This document shows, piece after piece, positions 37,978-50,765 of a stretch of 64,000 nucleotides of DNA; position 1 is the stretch's first letter, and each line of letters begins with the position of its first letter. Position numbers and translations under genes: made by a program. The stretch comes from Octopus sinensis (Eukaryota). The stretch lies in assembly GCF_006345805.1 (NCBI RefSeq), contig NC_042998.1, positions 80,848,001 to 80,912,000 of the forward strand. Direction: 5' to 3'. Below the pieces are notes generated by a model. It saw only the letters and a list, made by a program, of their open reading frames with translations, made no database searches and was not told the origin of the DNA.

Positions 37978-38876
37978 CGAGGTGAGGTGTATGCTGTTGC
38001 CGGCGGTGTCCACCTTGGGTCTATTTGTGTGGTGGTCTTGGTGTATTGTGGATAGTCCCATCTGCGAGTTTGAGTTTGATGGAGCCAGGTTAGCTGCTGT
38101 ACAATCTTTTGTGCCATGCACAAAAAAGATTCTTGTTCAGCAGCTGCCCTTTCAATAACACGTTGGCGGTTTGTAGCAAGCACCACATCTGCGTACCTCC
38201 GTTTTGGGGCAGGTGGTGCGTGGTCCATCCCTTTTCCTTTTGGTAGTTGGTTTCTGACCTGTTTCGTGTTTCCGCGGCAGAGTCCCCGATGTGCAAAACG
38301 GTAGCCTACACCTTCCTCTCCATGCCAGCAGACACCTCTCAAGTAGAACCTACACACCCGTGTGTGCTCTCTGTTTCCATCCTTTTTGGTACATGGATAG
38401 TCAGGTTTGCTTCTATCCTTGGCTGTTTTATTTTTTGGTTTTATTTGAGTTTTAGTTTTTCCTTCTTTGACTGTTTCATCTTTTGTCTTTCTTTTAGTTT
38501 TTCCTCCTTTTATTTCTTTTTTGGCTCTTTCATCTCCATGGCTTTTGGTGCTGGTAGGAGCACTTGCACTTGGGTTTACTTCCCGGGCAGGTTTCTCACT
38601 TGAATCTTCTTCCTGGGTGTCTACCAAGTGGGGTTGACTTCTTTCATCAGCACCCGCGTCTCCATCCTTGCCATCTTTACTTTGTTCGTTGTCAAAGATG
38701 GCATCAAGCGTGCCAATGTGAGATCTTATGAGTGCATAGGAGCGTATAAACTTCTGCTTCTTTCGCTCTATCTGAGCTATTGTCCTTTTATATCCACTGC
38801 TCTTCAGCGCAGCTGTAATTATGTTGTTCGGATTATCTCTGTCGGCGCATTGACAGGATCTTAGGAACAACGCCAA
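37965..38876 (-). pseudogene. LINE ORF1-like protein (basic linker and degenerate CCCH-type zinc finger)
   Basis: 303-aa ORF immediately upstream of the APE domain; CRFYLRGVCWHGEEGVGYRFAH; its stop overlaps the ORF2 ATG (37977). Confidence 0.7.
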
Positions 38877-39385
38877 TTCGTTACTTCTCCAGGTTTCTGG
38901 ACATTTTGGATATTTATTATTATCTATCTATTTTATATTTAAAATTTAATAGTGTGATAGAGGTTAGAGAAGAAATAGAGAAAGAAAGTGTCTATGTATC
39001 TAGAGAGATTGAGAGCTGAGGGAAGATAAGAAGAGAGGAAAGTTCGCGACTATATATTTAGAAAAATTGAGAGGCTGAGAGAGGAAAGATGGTGTGACAG
39101 AGAGAAGTGGAGAAGTGAAGAGACAAGGTAAGATTGAACGGCTGAGAGAAGAAAGATGGTGTGATAAAGAGAAGTGAAGAGACAGAGAGAGAAAGAAAAG
39201 AAAAAGAGGAGGTTACGAAGCTGAAATAGGAAGTGAAATATTAAGAAAATAAAAGATTATTAACAGGAAAGCTGAAATAGAAAATGAAAGATTCTGAAAC
39301 AGAGACCGAAAGATTATTAAAGAATGTAAACTAAACTAATTGCGAGTATACTTCTAATGTTCGCGTCTATATATATATATATGTG

Positions 39386-39416
<31 letters not shown>

Positions 39417-40015
39417 GAGGTAGAAGAAAGTGAGGAAAAGAAGGAATTATTTAATTCTAAACTAATTACGGGAAAATAAACATATGAAAGCGAAACAGAA
39501 ATTGAAAGAATGTTACTCTCAGAATGTAAACAAAGATGGTGTCGTAAATCGTAACGGAGATGTTAGCTTACATTAAAGGAAAATAAAAAATAACAAATAA
39601 AATATGAAAACAATACTTATCATAAAAGGTACAGTCCAAACCCTCGTGCTTGTACGAATAAGTTTTTTTTCACAACAGAAAAGAAAACTTCTTTTTCTTT
39701 CTTACTTTTGGCTGGAGATAAATTAAAGACTTGCCACAACGTGCTTTTTCGGCGAAGATTCTAGCATGCGTAACTAACTTTACTGTATTATATTTGGCTT
39801 CAAGCAAAATATATTACGTTTTTAATTAATATATTTTTAATTAATGTATTTTAGTAGACTTTATGAGTTAACAAGTTCTACGTTTTGTTACTTTTAGTAG
39901 ATTGTTTCGTCGATTTATGCAAACTTTTTTGTTTTTTCACAGAGCAAACGCAAACACATCTTTCCTCTACGAAAACCGGAAGTATATATATATATATCTA
40001 TATATTATATATATA

Positions 40016-40059
<44 letters not shown>

Positions 40060-40295
40060 ATGTATGTAGTATATTGTACTGAGGAGGGGATAATTTGTAT
40101 AATTCTAACCCCAAAAAACACGTCCACAATTAATCGAAGATTGTTTGATTTCGTTATTTTTCTTCTTTGCCTATGTGAGTTACTAGTAATGTTATCGTGG
40201 TAGTAATATATGTAGTAAAAAAGAATAAGCGGTCTTTGGCTGCTATTTCTAAATTTTCAGTATTGCTTAACCCTTATTATATACATGTATATATA

Positions 40296-40345
<50 letters not shown>

Positions 40346-40355
40346 GCGCACATAT

Positions 40356-40817
40356 AATGTAGCATTTTGGAACAGTCTTTTTTTGCCAAATAAACACACG
40401 CACTATATATTTTTTCTTCATTCATTTATTACTGTTCTTATTTTATTTTAACTCATGTCGATTGTCCGGAAATTTTTTCGTCATACATCTTTCCGTTTTC
40501 GTGTGTGTTCTTGCTCCACTTATTCCATTCTGTTCTTCTAAGATGTGTATCCTTCTGTGCGCATACGGAGTAAGTGGAGCAAGAACACACACAAAATGAA
40601 AAGGGTAGCTGAAGAAGTCACAGATGTGCGACGAAAAATTTCCGGACAATGGACATGAGTTAAAATTATATAAATAAGAAGAGTAATAAACGAGCGAAGA
40701 AAGAATATATTGTACGTGCATTTAGTTGGCAAGAAAAAATGACCGTCTCAAAATACAACAATATCTGTTTCAGCACACGATTTCACATCAGGAATCATGC
40801 AACACAAATCTATAAAC

Positions 40818-40818
<1 letters not shown>
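40356..40818 (+). mobile_element. Family B fold-back element (inverted partial copy followed by a sense unit with hammerhead-like core)
   Basis: About 40370-40530 is inverted relative to about 40566-40760; homologous to 55782-56075 and 60226-60547; flanked by (TA)n. Confidence 0.65.
40601..40650 (+). ncRNA. Type I hammerhead-like motif, family B (helix I decayed)
   Basis: CTGAAGA 40609-15; gtcaca/tgtgcgac helix II with one mismatch; GAAA-AATT-TC (palindromic AAATTT, UUC triplet). Confidence 0.45.
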
Positions 40819-40908
<90 letters not shown>

Positions 40909-40933
40909 CATGCATATATACATATATACATAC

Positions 40934-40985
<52 letters not shown>

Positions 40986-40992
40986 TTCGATA

Positions 40993-41194
40993 GGTGGATG
41001 AATTATCCTATGTTTACCATCAACGTGGAAAATTCGATGAACCGATACCAGGGTAGCAAATTCACGTCAGAAACACGGTTGAAGCGACCTATCCTATCTT
41101 GCACCGTTTATTCCTTTGGAATAAAACCATGCTGTCTTTGAAACATATGTCGAGAGTAAAGGAATTTTGTTAACATCTTCGTTCAACTCCATTT
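40993..41194 (+). mobile_element. Family A element, internally deleted (only the 3' half of the hammerhead remains)
   Basis: Shares ggtg(g/a)atgaattatcctatg, the gggtagcaaattcacgtcagaaacacggttgaagcgacct block and GAAACATATGTCgagagtaaagg with 46213-46562; lacks CTGATGA. Confidence 0.6.
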
Positions 41195-41206
41195 ATTTAT
41201 TTATTC

Positions 41207-41237
<31 letters not shown>

Positions 41238-41248
41238 AAGAGAGAGAA

Positions 41249-41279
<31 letters not shown>

Positions 41280-41617
41280 GAGGGAGAGAGAGTTTCGAAA
41301 GGATGAAGCTCAAAGTCGGCCTCGGTGGCATTTGAACTGAAAATGTATAGACGGACAAAATGCTGCTTAGACTTTTTCCGGCGTGCTAATGATTTTGCCA
41401 GCTCGCCGCCTTATATTGAGGCAAATATCAAAATCGAAACTGCGATTTTTACTTTTTAAGCTTTCTCTGTTTCTCATCTCTCTCAAATTAATGTTATTGA
41501 AATATTAAGCCCTTTGGTGGTATTCATATCTCCAATCTTGACTTTTCATACATAGTTTAAGTTGCCTTTGGCGAAACCTCGCACTAAATTGCACATTACA
41601 CGCACGCGCACACACCC

Positions 41618-41651
<34 letters not shown>

Positions 41652-41766
41652 TGTGTGTGTGTGTTGTGTGTGTGTGTGTGTCTGTGTGTTCATATACATA
41701 GGAGATAAATATTTGTATATATGCATATTTGTGCACTCATACATAAATATCATACGTGTAAACATG

Positions 41767-41798
<32 letters not shown>

Positions 41799-41812
41799 TG
41801 TATGTATGTGTG

Positions 41813-41865
<53 letters not shown>

Positions 41866-42358
41866 GTGTGTGTGTATGTGTGCACATATATGTGTAAACG
41901 TGCGTGTGTAGGTTATGAGCTTATATATACTTAAGTATTAATGCAAGCAATCAAGCTGAAATTCCTGCCGAAGCGGATAATAAGCTGTCTAAAGGAATCA
42001 CTGAACTTTTTCTCTAAATATCTTTGCCCTAAGGTAGAAGTACTAAAAGCTTTAAATTTAGGTCGAAAGAAAAGTATAAACTCAATGCAGAAAATATTTT
42101 AAAAAATGTATAAAATACTTAGAATTATAAATACTTTGACATGTTTCGAAAATATGCTTATTTCCTTTCTAATTCGTTGGCGTTGAAAAAGGATAAAAAA
42201 ATATTACGATTTCAAATTGACACTCTAGGTACAATTATTCCTTCGCTATGTTATCTCCTCTCTCTTTCTCTATAATTATATGCACACATACATACATACA
42301 TACATACATACATACATACATACATAATGTGTGTGTGTATGTACACGCACGCATTATA

Positions 42359-42397
<39 letters not shown>

Positions 42398-42460
42398 ATA
42401 TACATACATATATAATGTGTACCTCACACTTATACCTACGTTTGGTTGTGTGTGTGTGTG

Positions 42461-42657
<197 letters not shown>

Positions 42658-43623
42658 GTCCGTTTGTCTGTCTGTCTGTCTATCGATCTATACATGATTT
42701 AATTATATTTGTATGTATATGTGTGTGCATTATATGACTTTAAACATATATATTGAAAAAGGCAGTTTTAAGATAGTGCAAATGTGTGGTATAACTAATG
42801 AGCTATACATGCATATACACACACACATACAGGCAGACACACACATATATGTAAAAAGCAAAACAAAGGTACTTTATAAGGATTCTAAATCCGCTACTAA
42901 ACTTGAAATATTTATGTTTATGTTTTCCAGTTTCAGCTCTTGAGCTGTGGCCATGCTGGGGCACCGAACATATATGCACATTTATATACATCTATATAGC
43001 ATTTATATATCTGTCTTTCTATCTGTATCTATATATACACATGGTGTATACATGTGTATGCATGAATATGTGGGTGTAGTGTGCCTGTGTCTGCAGAATG
43101 AAAACTGCGCACGTTGATATACAGAATGGAAGAAATTAGGTACAGACAATGAAAATATCTATCAACTGGAACAAACGAGAACATACACCTCATCAGCTCT
43201 CTGTCCGGTTTCGATGCCTTAAAATAGTACTTTTATTCTTAGTGACGTTAATGATCAGATGCAGTGAATATGGATTAATATAGTAGAAACGAGACATGAA
43301 AGGCATAAGGAAACTACTACATCTTAAGGACTACAACAAGCAAAAAAAAAGAAAAAGAAAAAAAATTATTTGGCTTTACGGCCAAAATAAGAAAATGAAA
43401 CAACAATAAACAAGAGTAACTCTAGAATGTGAAGGGAATATAAGAGGTGTTTGAACTGTAGTTCAGGAACAAGTGAGAGGAATGTCCGTGAGATGGAAAA
43501 ATGAGGTTGTTCTTTCAGAGAAGTGAAGCTGGACAAAAAGCTCATATAGCAGAACGGATAATGCAGATGGCATGCTTGAGAAGGATGGTCACATAGGGAA
43601 TGATAAATAGAAAGATAACCGAC

Positions 43624-43654
<31 letters not shown>

Positions 43655-44170
43655 GAGAGGGAGGGTGAGAGAGGAAGTGAGAGAGCAGGGGATGTATATA
43701 TATATACAAAGAGAGAGAGGGAGAGAGAGAGAAAGAAACATCGATATTCTTCCCTGTGTTTGTGAAAATTTTGTATCTCTGCCGTAAGGCTTCATTTCTA
43801 CTCCGCACCAACTTAATTCAATTCATCCTTAGTCGAAAGACGCCTATTGTTATGTCCTGTTATTATTTTTATTGTATTTATATTTGTGTAACATTGTCCG
43901 TTTTTTTTCCGTCCTTGTTTTTGTATACATTCTCTACTTTCTTCCAAGGAATCTAATACTCTTAGCTTAGTTTTTCCTTGGGGCTGGCCAGATTGGAGCA
44001 ATCTCAAATATAATCAGCTGAAATTGCGAAGATCATCTGGTGCTTGACTGAAGAAAGAAAACTTCGACTGACCCGTCCTTGTTTTCTTTGTATCGTCTAT
44101 CTGGATGTTTTGTTGGCCCAGTTTTGTATCACCTAGATGTCTGGATATTTTGCGTTCTTGTCCCATTTTG

Positions 44171-44226
<56 letters not shown>

Positions 44227-44236
44227 TATATATATA

Positions 44237-44530
44237 GGCTCAGGAGTCGCTGTGTGGTAAGTAGCTTGCTTACCAACCACATGGTTCCAGGTTCAGTCCC
44301 ACTGCGTAGCACCTTGGGCAGATGTCTTCTACTATTGCCTCGGGCCGACCAAAGCCTTGTGAGTGGATTTGGTAGACGGAAACTGAAAAGAAGCCCAACG
44401 TATATATGTATAAATATATATGTGTGCGTGTGTGTGTATGTGTTTGTGTGTTTGTGTTTGTCCTCCCAACATCGTTTGAGAACAGATGCTAGTGTGTTTA
44501 CGTCCCCGTAACTTAGCGGTTCGGCAAAAG
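44237..44530 (+). mobile_element. SINE family 1, 3' truncated
   Basis: Colinear with 15831-16180. Confidence 0.85.
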
Positions 44531-44581
44531 TTTGGATCAGTGTTCATTACCTATCGAGCTTTAATATTTTTCATGCTAGAT

Positions 44582-45160
44582 CGTGGCACTCTGTCGGTTA
44601 CAATGACGCGGATTCCAGTTGATCCGATCCACGGAACAGCCTGCTCGTGAAATTCTTTTCTACTCTAGGCAGAAGTACCTATTTCTTTATTACCCACAAG
44701 GGGATAAACACAGAGGGCACAAACAATGACAGACATAGGTATTAAGTCGATTACATCGACCCCAATGCGTAACTGGTACTTAATTTATCGACCCCGAAAG
44801 GATGAGAGGCAAAGTCGACCTCGGCGGAATTTGAACTCACAAAGTAACGGCAGACGAAATACCGCTAAGTATTTCGCCCGGCGTGCTAACGATTCTCCCA
44901 GCTCGCCGCCTAGCCTGCTCGTGAAATTAACCTGCAAGTAGCTGAGCACTCCACAGTCACGTGTAACCTTAAAGTAGCAAGAAGAAAGAGTGAGAGAAAG
45001 TTGTGGTAAAAGAGTACAACAGGTTTCACCCCCACCCTGCTTCGTGGAGATATAGGTGTTTTCGCTCAATAAACACTCACTATGCCCGGTCAGGAAATCG
45101 AAACCGCGATCCTGCGACCGCGAGTCCGAAGCCCTAACCACTAGGAAATTGGGCCTCCAC
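44582..45160 (-). mobile_element. SINE family 3 copy split by a family 2 SINE
   Basis: The halves rejoin across the 17-bp TSD. A decayed copy is also at about 58470-58620. Confidence 0.8.
44655..44911 (-). mobile_element. SINE family 2, 17-bp TSD, inserted in a family 3 SINE
   Basis: TSD AGCCTGCTCGTGAAATT at 44638-44654 and 44912-44928. Confidence 0.92.
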
Positions 45161-45236
45161 CCACGCTAGATATATTGGGGTTGAAGTCTACCATGTAAAA
45201 AATGATAAAATAACTTACTAATTTACAAATTGCTGC

Positions 45237-45282
<46 letters not shown>

Positions 45283-46100
45283 ATGTATGTGTCCGTGAGC
45301 GTATGAGTATGCATGTGTATGACTATATGAGTTTATTAATGAATCTAGTATATTGACGCAGATTCAGTGGTTTAGAAATCGCTTGCTATGCTTTTTGACC
45401 TTCGGAAAATTAGGTGTTTGAATGAGTAGAACAGGTGTGCGCACTTGTGTACAGGTATGAGAGTAAGTGAATGAATCTATGATACATTTGTTCAAAGATG
45501 ACCAGTTATGTTTTTGACCCTCAGAAAATTAACATTTCCAAATACTAACATCATGAAACTTCTCATACGTTTGACCAGCTGTCACACTTAACGACGAAGT
45601 TTTATTAATTATACATGATTGACGTCACTGTCTGCTCTTTGTCTAGAAAACTATATAAACAACAACACACTGTCAACGAAACACCAATGCTTTTGCGAAT
45701 ATGATAATAAATAATGTATGGTGTTACATAGTTTTATATAAAGGAATGTATATATATATATGTGTGTGTATACATGTGTATATTTATACATTCATGTTTA
45801 TATATATATATATATATGATATTATAGACATGAATGTATAAATATACAATATAATATAACACACACATATATATATACATTCCTTACACATAAACACATA
45901 CATAGCATGCATACATTACATAATACATACATACATACATACATACATACACACATACATACATTAACTCATGTGCCATGCACTGCCGAAACCTCGGCGA
46001 CTACATTCTTCCACTGATATAAACTGGAAGTGGCTGACTTCTGTGAAAAAAAAGCATATACTGAGGGTCCGTAACCTGATGTCCTTTTTACCGTACATAC

Positions 46101-46188
<88 letters not shown>

Positions 46189-46212
46189 ATATATATGTAA
46201 TATATATATATA

Positions 46213-46561
46213 GGTGAATGAATTATCCTATGTTTATGAATTATCCTATGTTTAACCGAAACCTGGGTAGCAAATTCACGTCAGAAACACGGTTGAAGCG
46301 ACCTGTCCAAGGGTAGAAACTCCGGGTTCATGTGCAGAAATTTGTGTGTTGTATATGAATAATGAAAGAATGGAGTCGAACGAAGATGTTAACAAAATTC
46401 CTTTTCTCTCAACATATGTTCGAAGACAAGGCTCCCTTTCTTTCCTGATGAGAAGATTGCATAATGCACCCTTTATTCCTTGGAATGAAAACATGTTGTC
46501 TTCGAAACATATGTCGTGAGTAAAGGAATTTTGTAACATCTTCGTTCGACTCCATTCTTTC

Positions 46562-46562
<1 letters not shown>
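46213..46562 (+). mobile_element. Family A hammerhead-bearing short element (Penelope-like terminus or retrozyme-like), with an inverted partial copy at 46370-46426
   Basis: Homologous to 40993-41194 and 57600-57748; flanked by (TA)n; 46370-46426 is the reverse complement of about 46497-46556. Confidence 0.6.
46435..46526 (+). ncRNA. Type I hammerhead ribozyme, family A (palindromic helix III ACATATGT), predicted cleavage after GUC at 46515
   Basis: CTGATGA 46445-46451; helix II GAAGA/TCTTC (46452-56/46499-503), extendable; GAAA 46504-07; helix III A-C-[ATAT]-G-T; C17 46515; imperfect helix I cctttctttc/gtgagtaaagg. Confidence 0.75.
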
Positions 46563-46610
<48 letters not shown>

Positions 46611-47322
46611 CATATATGCTCAATACACACACACACCATATAAATATAGATAGATAGATAAAACATACATACATACCTAGACAGACTGACAGACAGATAT
46701 ATACATACATACATACATACATACATACATACATACGTAAAACATATACATATGTACATACATATATATGAACGCATTATACATTATATGTATGCATACA
46801 TTATATGCATTATATATAAATATACATATGCCTACATACAAATACATACATACATATATGCATACATACATACATACAATACATACATACATACATACAT
46901 ACATACATACATACATACATACATACATACATTAACTTCATGTGCCATGCACTGCCGAAACCTCGGCGACTACATTCTTCCACTGATATAAACTGGAAGT
47001 GGCTGACTTCTGTGAAAAAAGCATATACTGAGGGTCCGTAACCTGATGTCCTTTTTACCGTACAATGCGGCCGTTACAGAGACAGAAATCGTTTGAGAGG
47101 GGGAAATTAGATACAGTATTTGTGTGACATTGGATAATGTCTGAAACACATACGGCAAGGAGAATTAACAAATGGTATCAGTAGAACATTCTAACGTGTT
47201 TGCAAATAGATTATCTTATTTACATATTTACAAGATGTATGTACCTAAGCATACATACGTACACACATACACGCATACATGCATACATGCATACATGCCA
47301 TACATACATAAACATACATACA

Positions 47323-47433
<111 letters not shown>

Positions 47434-47802
47434 GAACTCATGTGAATGTAGTGTGCGCGTATGGGCATGTGCATATATCTATTATGCATAGTCGAAGAAG
47501 GTGACAGTATTATTCGAACTACGTTTGAATAATGACGACGTTATTCGCTTGAAATCGTTGGTATTGCATGAAAAACACTCAGGGCGAATTGACTGCGTAA
47601 AAGCAGACGGCAATTCACCGCCATACAACTATATACAGCGAACTTCCTCTGCTACCATTTCGGAGGCTGTTGCAGCACTGACCAGACGTATTTCAACATC
47701 ATATAGTCCATGTGTGTGGGAGATGTATTTGTGTGAATAGGTGTGTGTGCATCACAGATCCAACAAAGCGAAATTAATAACCAATATCTTACCTAATATA
47801 AA

Positions 47803-48005
47803 GTCGGCGAGCTGGCAGATTCGCTAGAACGTCGGACATTTCATCTGTTTATATGGTCTGAGTTCAAATCCACTCAAGGTCGACTTTGCTTTTCATTCTT
47901 TCCAGGTTGATGAAATAAGTACCAGTTGAGCGTTGGGGTCAATGTAAACGATTCACACCCACCCTTGAACTTACTGCCTTTGTGCCAAAATTTGAAACCA
48001 ATATT
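47803..48005 (+). mobile_element. SINE family 2 copy
   Basis: gtcggcgagctggcagattcgctag head, core and ttgtgccaaaatttgaaacc tail. A head-only fragment is also at 41295-41410(-). Confidence 0.75.
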
Positions 48006-48719
48006 TATCTAATAAATCCTATAGACTATCAACTTTCTGAAACAAGACGAACTGAGACCTTTAAGCATATCCAAATACGATCTTTATAGTCTTTCTTATA
48101 AATGTAATAGAAACAATGAAGGTAGATCAAGTCATATACCAGATAATGAGCGAAATCTAAACAACTAGAACAACAAATTGGAATAACATCGATATGCTGA
48201 AGAACACAAAAATAAAATAGACGAATAAAGGAATCAAACGGGAATGAAAACATCTACAAAGTTGCCACAATAGCAATTTTATCTAAATACGTATAGACAT
48301 CCTATCATCAGCTGGTATATTAGGAATTATTACGGTTTCAACACCAAGCAGTAATATTCAATCAAACGATATCCACAGCTTCAAAACATGTTTAAACACT
48401 ACCTGGAAATTACACAAAGAAATGTAAAACACAAATCATAAAAATTAATACCGCACATATATTTCTAACGGAACCTAACCCCCACAACACATCGATTAGC
48501 ATTAACTTTCCTAACTAAGGATATAAAACTTACACGAAACCCCAAAATATTTTAATATCTAAAAATCACAAGGATAAGCAATACACACTCACATATATTG
48601 ACACAGTCACACAGGCGCGCGTGCAACAAGACAAAGATATATTTTTGTTTATTTCGACATAGGTGTGTGTATTTAGATATGTATATATAATCTTATATAT
48701 ATATATATATGTTATATAT

Positions 48720-48761
<42 letters not shown>

Positions 48762-48788
48762 GTGTGTATGTATATGTATGTGCATATA

Positions 48789-49267
48789 TCTATATATAAA
48801 CTCAACTTGTGTGTCTGTGTGTGTATCTGTGTGTGTGTCTGTGTGTTTAACTTCGCTCACATCTCCTCCTAGCCAACAAATTGTAGAACCACCAAAAATG
48901 GGTCACTTAAAGTTTAGGCGAATGAAAATTGAACTGCGCTATTTCTGTTCCGAAATTCATCTCGCAAGTGTAAAAATCGATAATGTATTTGTTTAGGCTT
49001 ATCCCATGCATTGAATAGTGAACTTTACTCAGTCAGCTGTTTGACGTGAACTGTGTTCACCATGCGTGCAAGCATGCGTAAATTGCATGAAAAATAAAAA
49101 AATCAAGATATAAAAACGCCGTAAACATTGTAGAAATTCGGCAAAGAAATGAATTTTCGAGATGTAGCCTGGAGGGTTTTTTCGTATTAATCGTTTGGAC
49201 TTAGTATACACATACCAATTATTTTCATAACATTTTTAACGCTTTGAATTAAATGTGACCATTTTGC
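48789..49267 (+). mobile_element. Second Helitron-like copy, 3' truncated
   Basis: Colinear and highly similar to 9388-9875, same A|TC 5' start, lacks the terminal CTAG. Confidence 0.75.
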
Positions 49268-50265
49268 GTTGAGTCTGCAGTTTGAATCACTTTAACCAAA
49301 TTTTAGCAGGCGGATTTTGATCATCACGATACATCGCCAGCGACTCCCTGAAACTCTCCTCTGAAATCCCGTTGAGAAATACTGATCTAAAGAATAATTC
49401 AACAATGCAATTATTTAATCAACAAAAATTTATGAAACGCTTCTACGTACTTCATATTAAGAAATGGAAACACATAAGCGAAAATAGAGGGCATTAAATG
49501 CTTGATTTTAAAACCAAAATAATTGAATTTTGATTGAACTTCATCCAAGTTTAGCTTAATTCGCGCGTGCATGTGTCCGATAAACGGTGCTCCTTACCAT
49601 CACCTCAGTACTCAAGACTTTGGCTCTCATCAAGACCTCTATGTCTAAAGTCTGCAAGGACCATTTGGCATTCAGAATGTGTCTCAGACATCTCTGACGG
49701 AAGCGTTCAAGAACGCTTTACAGGGTTCACGTGATTCACATGAGTAAGGATCGACGTCTGCATACACACACACGGTATACAGCAACTTTTGTTCGCCTCG
49801 TGATGCCATGCTGGAACAATAAACGGGACTCAAAAACCTTGAACAAACGAGCGGCCTTTTCTGAAGCATTAAAGATGTTTTATCATCGAAGGAAAAAGAA
49901 AAACCGAGTACGCTGCCCATGTAGAAAAATTTGTCTACGAAAATCAGTACCGGTCTTTGGACTAGACTAAGATATGTTGTTTCACATATGCGTTTCCTGG
50001 CACAAGTTGCAACATTACAGCAGTCATATTCAGGCTAATGCCGAGTCGAAATGTCTTGCAAAATACAGTAATATGATCCATGAGAATTCGCAGATCCTTA
50101 ATTGTAATATATATATATATATATAATATATATGCATGTATGTATGTATGTATGTATGTATGTATATATGTATGTATTATGTATGCATTTATGCATGCAT
50201 ATAAGTATGTATGTATATAAGAACAGAGATGACAAAGGAATAAACGATTGTCATATGAACATCAT

Positions 50266-50492
50266 TAGCTCACACCTGTTTCTACTATAAGATAGGTGGA
50301 CTCATAGTTGAGTACCTAAGTAACACATTACGACTTCATGAGACCCTCAAACACCAAGCGCAATGTGTTTGGGAAAACAAATACATTTGTGTTGCACACT
50401 TCATGTCTGAGATTCTGGTAACACTCTAAGGTGTCCCTCAAGCGCTGAACTATGAGTCCACCACATCTTATAGTGGAAACAGATGTAAGCTA
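50266..50492. repeat. Imperfect inverted repeat of about 47 bp (MITE-like)
   Basis: tagctcacacctgtttctactataagataggtggactcatagtt versus aactatgagtccaccacatcttatagtggaaacagatgtaagcta. Confidence 0.75.
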
Positions 50493-50601
50493 CTGAAGTC
50501 CATAAGATAATCGTCTTATTCCTTTGTCATATTTGTTCTTATTGCCGTCCTTACTCGACAAACACTACGTAAAACGAGTTCTGCACCAGATTATCAGTAT
50601 T

Positions 50602-50642
<41 letters not shown>

Positions 50643-50720
50643 GCACGCACGCACACACACACACACACAGAGATACATACATACATATATATATATATAT
50701 GCATATATATATATATATGT

Positions 50721-50764
<44 letters not shown>

Positions 50765-50765
<1 letters not shown>

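Larger units (their letters stand above)
34940..38910 (-). mobile_element. CR1-clade LINE, near full length, inactivated by frameshifts
   Basis: ORF1, APE endonuclease, RT and CR1-type C-terminus in order on the minus strand; 3' tail ends in (TAAA)-like repeats at about 34940-34966. Confidence 0.92.

Noticed and set aside
44040-44085. CTGAAGA-aag(aaaa)ctt-CGA in an unclassified repeat ending in (TA)n
   Set aside because: Lacks GAAA and the UH cleavage site.
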